DNA from: a virus
Lineage: Duplodnaviria > Caudoviricetes
Reading direction: 5' to 3' (one strand)
IMG/VR virus record: IMGVR_UViG_3300032007_000036
Location: 32,001 to 96,000 of that record
DNA length: 64,000 bases
Shown here in pieces: positions 18,203 to 26,540 of this stretch. Position 1 is the stretch's first letter; each line of letters starts with the position of its first letter. Under the pieces are notes generated by a model, which saw only the letters and a program-made list of their open reading frames with translations, searched no databases and was not told where the DNA came from. Position numbers and translations under genes: made by a program.

Positions 18203-19231
18203 TTACTTCTCGAACACGATATCGATCAGATCATCTGTCGGAACCGGACTGTTATTGTCCATCTTGTCAATGATAGACGTCAAGTTGAACGACATCAGAC
18301 GAATCGGCACTTTCGACATAACATTCAGAACCTTGCTCAAGCAAGCAACATCTCCGTAAGTGAACTTGCCGTCACCTACGATATCGTAACTCAACTGGCT
18401 ATTGATAATGGTAGACAGTAGACCCCATCTGGTGTTGTATCCATCAGGAAGATCAACTGTGTCCCACACCTTCATAGCACGAGCAACGATCTTGGCCATG
18501 TGACTCATCTTGAGAACATTCATAGCCTCATCATTGGGATAGGTTAGCTTATCCAAGTTCTCGAGGTACTTCTTAGCTTCCTCTTCCTCCTTGGCCTGCT
18601 CAGCAGCTTCTCTGATAGCAGCTTCCCTTTCCTCTTTAGCTTCACGGATCTTTGCATTCTCTTCATCGTTGAAATACTTCTGCTCATCCAGAAGCTCAAA
18701 GGTAATAGGAGACTCAGTCGGAAGCTTAGCTGTCATCGAGTACAGAGATTCGGAAATCTCACCATCTGGTTTAATAAGGAGATACATCCCGTGGAGTATC
18801 CCAGACAGGGCAAGATCGAATACGATCAGTGCCCTAGGGAAGTCCACTGGCTGTGACCTTTTCTTTAGTGAGACATTGCACCTGAAATCCGTATCGATCA
18901 GCTCAGACAGGGCCTGCAGATCGAGTATACAGCGGGCATCGAATTTACGGTCATCTTCGTCAGGAGTGCCTTCAAATGTGCGAAGACATTGCTCCATTTC
19001 GGCATGCAACTTCTTGAGGTCATCAAGAGTAGCAGGTTCAAATGGCTCGTTCTGGAACAGAAGAAGTTGCTTGGTGTACTCAGCAACTGTATTGCCCAGA
19101 GTGGTCAGATGGCAGATGTTCGTAAGTCCGGATATCTGGGTAGTAGCTTCGATCCTGTTGAAGATCCTCCCAGCGGTTGAGATCATACGCAGTTCGTAAT
19201 GATACTGCCTGAACGTATCCATTAGTTTCAT
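18203..19231 (-). CDS. Hypothetical protein with central coiled coil
   Basis: Start at ATG 19231 with SD AAGGA; TACATTAC motif at 19269-19276. Confidence 0.75.
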   Translation of the reverse strand: MKLMDTFRQYHYELRMISTAGRIFNRIEATTQISGLTNICHLTTLGNTVAEYTKQLLLFQNEPFEPATLDDLKKLHAEMEQCLRTFEGTPDEDDRKFDARCILDLQALSELIDTDFRCNVSLKKRSQPVDFPRALIVFDLALSGILHGMYLLIKPDGEISESLYSMTAKLPTESPITFELLDEQKYFNDEENAKIREAKEEREAAIREAAEQAKEEEEAKKYLENLDKLTYPNDEAMNVLKMSHMAKIVARAMKVWDTVDLPDGYNTRWGLLSTIINSQLSYDIVGDGKFTYGDVACLSKVLNVMSKVPIRLMSFNLTSIIDKMDNNSPVPTDDLIDIVFEK

Positions 19232-19375
19232 TTGTGTTCCTTTCAGTTTTTGGTTGATGGACACAAAAGTAATGTATAAATAAAAGGATCATGACGGTTC
19301 TCCCCAGACAAAGGGAGAACCGTCATACTGGTCACATTCTCTGTTTGTTGTGATTAAACACTTGTGGATGCGTCC

Positions 19376-19861
19376 TTAGGCCTCTAAGTAGCAATCTTCA
19401 CATTCGTTGTCAGGAAGTGTAACCTCCTCGCCCGCTTCAAGCTTGCGCATGATGCGAATACCCTCACGGAGTTGACGAAGCCACTTTAATGCATTCTCCC
19501 GACGAGCGCTCTCGATCTTGTCGTCCAGAGCACGGGCAATTGCTATATCCACGACCTTCCTGAGAACCTTGAGGACTGTGACCTGCTTCTTGTCGAGTCC
19601 CTTGGCCTGAATAAGCGCATCGAAGTGATCAGCGATGCGGGTGTACACGTTGAAGAGATCCTGGTTCGTATCGATCTTGTCGATGTCTGCCCAAAGAGCT
19701 TCAACCGTCTGCTTGAAAGCATCACTCTGCTTCTCAGCGATCTTGGTGTAACTCTGGTGGATGGTCATACCGGCATAGTAGCCAGTCGTTCCTTTGGGTG
19801 CAGTGATGCAACCAGTGAGTACTGCTGCAGCGGTAGCTGCAATTGCGATGAGTTTCTTCAT
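19376..19861 (-). CDS. Putative lipoprotein
   Basis: Signal MKKLIAIAATAAAV followed by lipobox LTGC. Confidence 0.75.
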   Translation of the reverse strand: MKKLIAIAATAAAVLTGCITAPKGTTGYYAGMTIHQSYTKIAEKQSDAFKQTVEALWADIDKIDTNQDLFNVYTRIADHFDALIQAKGLDKKQVTVLKVLRKVVDIAIARALDDKIESARRENALKWLRQLREGIRIMRKLEAGEEVTLPDNECEDCYLEA

Positions 19862-20652
19862 TTCTTTTCCTTTCTACATTGAGTAGTTTGCATACTACTG
19901 TTTTGTCCGTTTAAATTATTACACAAAGTCATTGAGTTAGCAAAGACAGAATACTTGTCGTACTTGATCTCGGACGAGGCTATCGTAGAGAATATAGTCT
20001 TTGAGATATCTGCAATGACTTCTCTCCTCCACCTGTTGTGGAGCAGACCAACCAGGTCAGGTCCATAGGTAGTCTTGAGGCACATCTTGTCTCTGATGTC
20101 CTTGTACTTGACTAGATGGGTGTAAGGCAGGTTATGGTAGATACCTGTACCAAGTGCGATAGTGATGTCGAACACCTTCAGGATATCTTCACCATCTCTA
20201 CGTTCTTTGGCACCAACGAACATGACATGGTCGTCACGTTTGTCGATGAACCAACAGAACACAGGATAGTCGTAGTCCGATATTCTACACATTCTGCTGG
20301 CGAACGTCTGAAGCTCTCTTTGTGACGGATGGATAAGAATCTCCTCGGCCTTGAGAGTCCGATTCATCACCTTATGGAAATACCTCTGGCAATCCTTGTA
20401 GGAGTAGATGATCTGCTTGTCAAGATCAGCATCATAAAGGTTGCGGTGATCCTTGTTCTTGTTGTAATCTGCCAATCTGATAAGGTAGCATTCATCATCA
20501 GATGTGGCATAGATGAAGTAGAGATCCTCGAAACTCGGGTTCTCATTGAACGCAACTAGGTCGAATGTCCTAAGTCTTGTGGCTTCCCGGATCAGATCTA
20601 AGGTGGACGATTTCCACCACATCTTGATCGCGGTAAAAAATCGCTTGAGCAT
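19858..20652 (-). CDS. Hypothetical protein
   Basis: 264 aa with SD AAGGAGG; ATGA overlap with the next gene. Confidence 0.75.
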   Translation of the reverse strand: MLKRFFTAIKMWWKSSTLDLIREATRLRTFDLVAFNENPSFEDLYFIYATSDDECYLIRLADYNKNKDHRNLYDADLDKQIIYSYKDCQRYFHKVMNRTLKAEEILIHPSQRELQTFASRMCRISDYDYPVFCWFIDKRDDHVMFVGAKERRDGEDILKVFDITIALGTGIYHNLPYTHLVKYKDIRDKMCLKTTYGPDLVGLLHNRWRREVIADISKTIFSTIASSEIKYDKYSVFANSMTLCNNLNGQNSSMQTTQCRKEKK

Positions 20653-20727
20653 AGAGCCCTCCTTATGTTATTGGATAAAAATGTAAAACCAGATCTGGGC
20701 TTTGTGCCCAGATCTGGCCTACAGTCA

Positions 20728-21315
20728 TCACTTTACGTCTTCTTTGGCACTGACGACCTGATTGTAGTTGCTGAGCAACTCATGCAGTCTCGTCATGTAC
20801 TTGATCACGAGCTCAGTGTACGGGACGATCTTGGCTCCAGCGGTCTCGAGGATCTTGGGGTTGTCCTTGACCTCTGGATGATCAGTCACATACCACTTGG
20901 TACCTAGAGCAGCAACTATTCCTTCCATAAGAGCTTTGCTTATTTGAAGCGCAGTGTCATCGTTGAACCATTTGAACAGGTCCACAATGATTCCCATGGA
21001 GATAGTCACTGTCCTGAGGTAATCCATCTCGTCAGGAGACCTAACCTTGTCGTTGTAGAGAGCAGTTGCCTCCTCTTTCCACTTGACATAGGTCTCGTAG
21101 ACTTCCTTGGAAGATCCGTCAAACCTGAACCAGAATCTTGTTTCAGGTTTGTCATCGACACCAAGAAGGATCTGTGGTTCACCACCGTGTTCCTCAACAC
21201 AAACGATTGTCCACAGAGGCTCTGTGTCTTTCAATTTAGGAAGGTCGGCCAGTTTGACTGTCTTAGCTTCCTGGAATCTGATATTCAGGTCTGAAGTAGT
21301 TGACTCTTGTGGCAT
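20728..21315 (-). CDS. Hypothetical protein
   Basis: Probable start MPQESTT at 21315 with SD AAGGAAGG. Confidence 0.7.
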   Translation of the reverse strand: MPQESTTSDLNIRFQEAKTVKLADLPKLKDTEPLWTIVCVEEHGGEPQILLGVDDKPETRFWFRFDGSSKEVYETYVKWKEEATALYNDKVRSPDEMDYLRTVTISMGIIVDLFKWFNDDTALQISKALMEGIVAALGTKWYVTDHPEVKDNPKILETAGAKIVPYTELVIKYMTRLHELLSNYNQVVSAKEDVK

Positions 21316-21919
21316 GATTGCCTTCCTTCTCCCATACAGCAGATGGGTCGTAACCCTCGATAACACCAGTTGTAACCTTGAAGGTGTATACAGGGACATC
21401 CACGTACGCATCCGGATCAACGTAGATCCGCATCTTGGTCATACAGTAGACATCAAACTTGTCCTTCAGGTAGGAGTGCCACCGAGGAAAGAGTTTTACC
21501 ATAAGCCGTGCAAACCTGCCAGCTACAAGTGTTGAAGCCATCACACTGAACACCTGAGCGTAGAACCGCTCTCCAGCATGTTCTACAACAAGGGACATGT
21601 ACGGATTGCCTAGAGTATCGACTCCGTTCCTAGTAACTTCAAGTCTGAACCTAGGATAATGGACATTGCACTTGATCCTCTTGAACCAATAATCCACGTT
21701 CTTGAGAACGCGCTTGGTCATGCTTGTACGGCTTCCTCTGAGTCGTCCAGTGTAGAGACGCTCATTCTTCTCATTGATCAGACTAGCCACAAGTACAGCA
21801 GCGTATCGGAGCTTCTTGTAGTTACTGAGAATGAGAGCGGACTCAGGTCCCTCAAGGGTTAGGTCATCACCTACTTTCCTTGGGAACCATCGTCCGTATA
21901 GATCAGTTATCTGGTTCAT
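21263..21919 (-). CDS. Hypothetical protein
   Basis: 218 aa; ATGA overlap with the gyrA stop. Confidence 0.7.
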   Translation of the reverse strand: MNQITDLYGRWFPRKVGDDLTLEGPESALILSNYKKLRYAAVLVASLINEKNERLYTGRLRGSRTSMTKRVLKNVDYWFKRIKCNVHYPRFRLEVTRNGVDTLGNPYMSLVVEHAGERFYAQVFSVMASTLVAGRFARLMVKLFPRWHSYLKDKFDVYCMTKMRIYVDPDAYVDVPVYTFKVTTGVIEGYDPSAVWEKEGNHATRVNYFRPEYQIPGS

Positions 21920-24180
21920 TTCGCCCCAGCTATTGTGAACAACTGAGAATGCTGACCGAACGTAACGATTGCCTGATCCTTAGATGTCCTGCGCTTGGTG
22001 AGCAGAAGTTTTAGCGTTTCACCTGTCGCTACAAACTCAGTAAGATCCTTGAAGTAGAAGTGTCTGATCGTTGTACGAGACACAACCTCGTTAGGAACCG
22101 TGAACATCAGAGGACCGCCAATACGAAACACGCCGATAACCATCGTTGTCCCGATAGGAACACGTGACAGTTTACCGTTGCCCTTGATTCGGTCAATGTT
22201 GACTACGCTAGGCACCTTAGTGTTGCAGTGAATAACAAACACCTCTTCATCAGTAACAGGAGAGACATGGATAATGTCCTTGATCGAAGGTGTGGACACA
22301 TTGATCGTCTGCCGAACAGCTCTCTTGTCGACATCGATAAGTTTCCTACCTTCTATCCTGTGGATGACAGTGCACTTCTCCCCAACAGGGAGAACTGGCA
22401 TCTGGATGAGACCAGGTTGTCCAGGTTTAGGGCCGAAGGAGCAGCCATCCTTGATATTCACGGCAAGATGCTTCACAGCCCTGCCGATCCTACCGACATA
22501 GGAGGCTTTCATGTACTTCGGAACATCGATGGAAGGATCGAACTCAGGATCATCTGTCCCTATAACCTCTATCTTTCCACCTTCCTGGAACAGAGTGAAC
22601 TCCAGATCCTCAGACGGGAACCGCTTGAGTATCTCGTTAGCTTCCTTGACAGATTCCAGCATGATCCAGCCAGTCTTCTTGTAGCACGCTGTGCCGATGT
22701 AATCGGGCATAGTGCACTTGGCAGGATACTTGTCGGAATACTTCTTGTCGAAGTAGTCAATGTCAGCTATCATCTCTTCAGGGACGTGCTTGAAGCGTTC
22801 CTGGAGAGCACGATTCTCTTCCTTGACATCCTCGATCTCCTTGAGGAGTTCGGCTTTTCCCTTGGCGGTTAGACGCTTGAGAGGAAGTGACTGAAGATAC
22901 CTGGCCTGGAATGCCGTTAGATGGAACGATTTGAATCTCTCCATCAAGACTTTCACAGTAGACTCTTCATCCTTAGCATTACGGAAGATGTCGCATACTT
23001 CCTTAGCATGATCGACAACAATGACGAGAGCCATGAGTCGATGGTGCTGTTGCTTCAGGCTGATGAGTTTCTGCTTGAGTCCACCAAGTACCACGTTGAA
23101 CCTGGCATCGCTCCACTTATCCAGTAGAGATAGAGGATTCTCCCTACCAAGACCAGTCTCGTTGTCGTAATACAACATCGAGGGTCTCCAGGAGGAAGTG
23201 AACTGAACCTCGTTCTTGAACCTTGTCAGGACATCGAACGGGTTCTCACCTCTACGGAGCTGACACACAAACTTGCCTTTGACACAGCCCTGCTCACGAC
23301 CAGTGAAGTCGGACATGTCGATAAAGTGTTCGTGGAACCAGCTTGTTTTCTCTCGGATAGTCTTGACACCAACATCAGTGGTTACCTTGCCGAAAGACCT
23401 GTCAGGTGGAAGAGTTGTTATCGTGATGGAGTCCTTATCAATCTCCATTATGCCGTCCAGTACGAACGGGCAATCCCACTCTCCTTTCCTGTACGATGCT
23501 ACTATCTGCCGAGAATTCCTCAGGTGACAGTACGTAGGAAAGTCAGGGATGAAGTACGGAGCCAAATTGTAAGCTTGCTTGTATAGCAAATCTTTGTGCT
23601 CGTACTTAAGCTCAATGAACTTCCTTGCAGCAATACAAAGGTTCTTGAGCGAGATTGCAGAAGTCTGCGTTTTGAACCCACACGCAATGCCCAACACAGG
23701 GAAACACAACGCGTGAGGAATGGTCGGTGCAAAGTTGGCAGGTTCAACACCTTTCTCAGATTCACAAGGAACAGTCCTAAGACAGGACGAGTCTGTGTGT
23801 CTGAAGAATATGTCTTCTGCCGACTCTGCATGTGCTACGTCGACATATCGAGCAGCAGCCGGATCGTCACCCACATAGGTGCCCAAGTTAGACTGGGATT
23901 CCACCAGCGGGATGATGTTAGAGAACGGCTGTGCAAGACTCGAGATAGCGGCAGCAATAGATGCATCACCATGCGGATGCATCTTCATGACCTCTCCTGC
24001 TACAGTTGCTTCCTTAGGAACATCGTCGTGTTTGTGCATGGTGAGCAAGATACGCCTGTGGATGGGTTTAAGTCCATCCACAGAATTCGGCATCTTGGTC
24101 ATCACCGTATACTCAGAGAACGACTTCATGTTCATGAGGACGCACTCAGAAGCGGTCATCTGCTCTTGGAATAGACTCAT
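21916..24180 (-). CDS. gyrA: Type IIA topoisomerase subunit A (GyrA/ParC)
   Basis: DGLKPIHRRIL, HPHGD, catalytic AAARY, and G.A.G..T motifs. Confidence 0.93.
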   Translation of the reverse strand: MSLFQEQMTASECVLMNMKSFSEYTVMTKMPNSVDGLKPIHRRILLTMHKHDDVPKEATVAGEVMKMHPHGDASIAAAISSLAQPFSNIIPLVESQSNLGTYVGDDPAAARYVDVAHAESAEDIFFRHTDSSCLRTVPCESEKGVEPANFAPTIPHALCFPVLGIACGFKTQTSAISLKNLCIAARKFIELKYEHKDLLYKQAYNLAPYFIPDFPTYCHLRNSRQIVASYRKGEWDCPFVLDGIMEIDKDSITITTLPPDRSFGKVTTDVGVKTIREKTSWFHEHFIDMSDFTGREQGCVKGKFVCQLRRGENPFDVLTRFKNEVQFTSSWRPSMLYYDNETGLGRENPLSLLDKWSDARFNVVLGGLKQKLISLKQQHHRLMALVIVVDHAKEVCDIFRNAKDEESTVKVLMERFKSFHLTAFQARYLQSLPLKRLTAKGKAELLKEIEDVKEENRALQERFKHVPEEMIADIDYFDKKYSDKYPAKCTMPDYIGTACYKKTGWIMLESVKEANEILKRFPSEDLEFTLFQEGGKIEVIGTDDPEFDPSIDVPKYMKASYVGRIGRAVKHLAVNIKDGCSFGPKPGQPGLIQMPVLPVGEKCTVIHRIEGRKLIDVDKRAVRQTINVSTPSIKDIIHVSPVTDEEVFVIHCNTKVPSVVNIDRIKGNGKLSRVPIGTTMVIGVFRIGGPLMFTVPNEVVSRTTIRHFYFKDLTEFVATGETLKLLLTKRRTSKDQAIVTFGQHSQLFTIAGAK

Positions 24181-24192
24181 TGAGTTAGATCC

Positions 24193-24387
24193 TTAATTGC
24201 ATTTCCCTACAAGGATGAGACGCACTTCATGTTCAGGGACTTCACCAGCAACTTCCTTGATGCAATCATCAATGTTGTAGCCGTTCCATTTCTCAACAAC
24301 TCGTCTGTAAGCATCCTCAGGGACAGACAGGTTGTGCACCTTATTGCATACGGCGCAGAACACCTGTCTCTCTATCATAGTCGCCAT
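24193..24387 (-). CDS. Small Cys-containing hypothetical protein
   Basis: 64 aa with CAVC; SD AAGGAG. Confidence 0.65.
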   Translation of the reverse strand: MATMIERQVFCAVCNKVHNLSVPEDAYRRVVEKWNGYNIDDCIKEVAGEVPEHEVRLILVGKCN

Positions 24388-24534
24388 TTTCGAACTCCTT
24401 TTTAAGAGTTTGTATTCCTTATAAAAGTTAATCGGTACGTTGTTTAGAGTGTATCAAATTGTCAAGAATTGTTACAAAATACCTTCCTGAGGTCTGCATT
24501 GAGCAGGCTTCTCAGAATGTCACTAGCGAGACTC

Positions 24535-24948
24535 CTAGCTATTAGGAAGGCTGCTATTGCCTTCTTTTAGCTCTTGTCTCAACTTCTCTTTCCTCTCTTC
24601 TTCAGAAAGATAAGCGTCGTGTTTCCTACGGAGTTCTTTCTTAAGAGCTCTGTAGATATCCATGCAACTATCCACCACCCAAAGAGGAACAGACGGAACA
24701 AGTCGACTGTAGTCGATGTTAACAGTCTGCCTCATGCGTTTGACGTTGGAGATTTTTATCGTGACCTCGAATTCTTTGTTGATCTCCTCGGTTATGAAAT
24801 CTCCAGATAGATCCTCGAGGAACTTCTTGTATACAAGTCCCTCGTTACTTGTCCTTACGGAATCATTGTCATCGTACTCTAGATTGACGAAGGCTCCAAG
24901 CCTGTTACTCTGATTCGTACGACGCCCCATCACAAAATGAACAATCAT
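24535..24948 (-). CDS. Hypothetical protein
   Basis: Probable start MIVHF at 24948 with SD GAGGA and an ATGA overlap. Confidence 0.65.
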   Translation of the reverse strand: MIVHFVMGRRTNQSNRLGAFVNLEYDDNDSVRTSNEGLVYKKFLEDLSGDFITEEINKEFEVTIKISNVKRMRQTVNIDYSRLVPSVPLWVVDSCMDIYRALKKELRRKHDAYLSEEERKEKLRQELKEGNSSLPNS

Positions 24949-25280
24949 AACGTCCTCACTAATACGTCTGCTGCACACGCAATTGCAAATGGCACAAGCG
25001 CGTTCTTAAACGATAGTGAAGTGTTAGACATAAACACTAGGAACCTTCCAGGACCAAGACCTTTGTCATCGTAGAAGTAGATAGTCTCCGTACGCATCTT
25101 GGTTATCAGGAAATACAAAAAGAGAATTACGAACGCTATGAGTTTTCCGCACCACTGAAACATACCGTACGTTGCAGCGGAAATCATAAGCGTTGTGCAC
25201 AATGATCCCAACTCGATCATGAACTTCTCGAGATTAGGATGTCTATACGACTTGTACACCGGTTGTCTGAGTTGATCCAT
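24945..25280 (-). CDS. Putative membrane protein
   Basis: Start MDQL at 25280 with SD GGAGG; two to three hydrophobic segments. Confidence 0.65.
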   Translation of the reverse strand: MDQLRQPVYKSYRHPNLEKFMIELGSLCTTLMISAATYGMFQWCGKLIAFVILFLYFLITKMRTETIYFYDDKGLGPGRFLVFMSNTSLSFKNALVPFAIACAADVLVRTL

Positions 25281-25346
25281 TAAGACCTCCAAAACATGAT
25301 GAACCCTTGTCTGTAGGCAATGCACCTACAGACAAGGATCCGTTGA

Positions 25347-25775
25347 TCATCTGATATCAGCGGTCTCCTGCACACTGAACTTTTCGTCAGCTCCGTGAGA
25401 CGACTTAACCGTGACTTGCATGTCTGCAAGTGTCATTCCCAAGACGTTCAACGCCTCGAGAAACCTGTTGATCGTAATGTTCCCCTTTACCAACGTCCTC
25501 ATCAGGTTGGACCCGAATGTGTTTGCCTGGAGGGGAAGAGTACCTTGTGAAAGCGCATACTCATGGCACTTGGCACTGAAGAAGTCCTTCGATATCCTCT
25601 TAGACACGAATACACTTCTCAGAATGATGTCTAGGCAGTGCTGAGTCGAATGGACATCCTCCTCTGTAAACATTGGAGAACCTGCACTCATCTGAGCATC
25701 TTCAACCGTAGACACCTTCTGCTGACCATAGAGACGCTTACGAGTTTCTTTGTCGATGTCGGCTATAGAAAACAT
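25347..25775 (-). CDS. Hypothetical protein, possibly HTH-like
   Basis: 142 aa with SD GGAG; NL.R.L.KGNIT..RF.EAL.VLG resembles a Cro/XRE-type helix pattern. Confidence 0.6.
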   Translation of the reverse strand: MFSIADIDKETRKRLYGQQKVSTVEDAQMSAGSPMFTEEDVHSTQHCLDIILRSVFVSKRISKDFFSAKCHEYALSQGTLPLQANTFGSNLMRTLVKGNITINRFLEALNVLGMTLADMQVTVKSSHGADEKFSVQETADIR

Positions 25776-25794
25776 CTTTAAACTCCAATTGTCT

Positions 25795-26538
25795 TTATTT
25801 GGTTGTTGTTGCGGTTTGTAACCACTCTACCTCGTTGAGCAGGAAACTCTGCAGAGGGCCGGACCCCTGCATTCTGCTAGCAATCACCAACGATGCGAAG
25901 CACCCTAGATAAGAGACCTCTCGCAGAATCTCATTAGTAGGATACCGCTGACCACATAGTCGGTCTATTTCACCAGCTATCCATGCTGCACAACTAAGTC
26001 TGTCTGATGTAAACTCATCTGCGATCCTGCTGTCTGGGACAGTGAGTTTGTGCTTGGAATACAGACGAAGACATGCGTGTTGTGTACACCCGTCGTAGCT
26101 TCTAATGTCCCTTGTGAAGAGCCATGTTGAAATCAACAGAATAGGCAGTTCTCCTCCATAAGACCAATCACACTTCTTACCGGTGCCTAGATCTGTAAGC
26201 AGTATCATGGTTGGAAACGGATTAACAACTGCCCTTCTGTTGAAGAGAAGCTTTTCGTTTATACGTCCTATCGCACCTCTAAGCATCTCAACCCTTTCAG
26301 GTATCTTGACACTTGCTGGTGGTGGATGTTCGTACTCGACAAGTTCATCAGTGCTTGGCAGGCGTCTAAGTAATAAATACCTCAACACCGCTCGAGCGTA
26401 GTCCTGGATGTCGTCATCTTGCTGTCTGGCATCATCAAGACTAAATATCTCAGTTACAGCCGAAACGAATGCCGATGAATCACGATGATACTTCGGCATT
26501 AAAGTGGGATCCTTGAGCCACTCTAACGTTTCGATCAT
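25795..26538 (-). CDS. Hypothetical protein
   Basis: 247 aa immediately after gyrB; SD GGAGG. Confidence 0.7.
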   Translation of the reverse strand: MIETLEWLKDPTLMPKYHRDSSAFVSAVTEIFSLDDARQQDDDIQDYARAVLRYLLLRRLPSTDELVEYEHPPPASVKIPERVEMLRGAIGRINEKLLFNRRAVVNPFPTMILLTDLGTGKKCDWSYGGELPILLISTWLFTRDIRSYDGCTQHACLRLYSKHKLTVPDSRIADEFTSDRLSCAAWIAGEIDRLCGQRYPTNEILREVSYLGCFASLVIASRMQGSGPLQSFLLNEVEWLQTATTTK

Positions 26539-26540
26539 TT

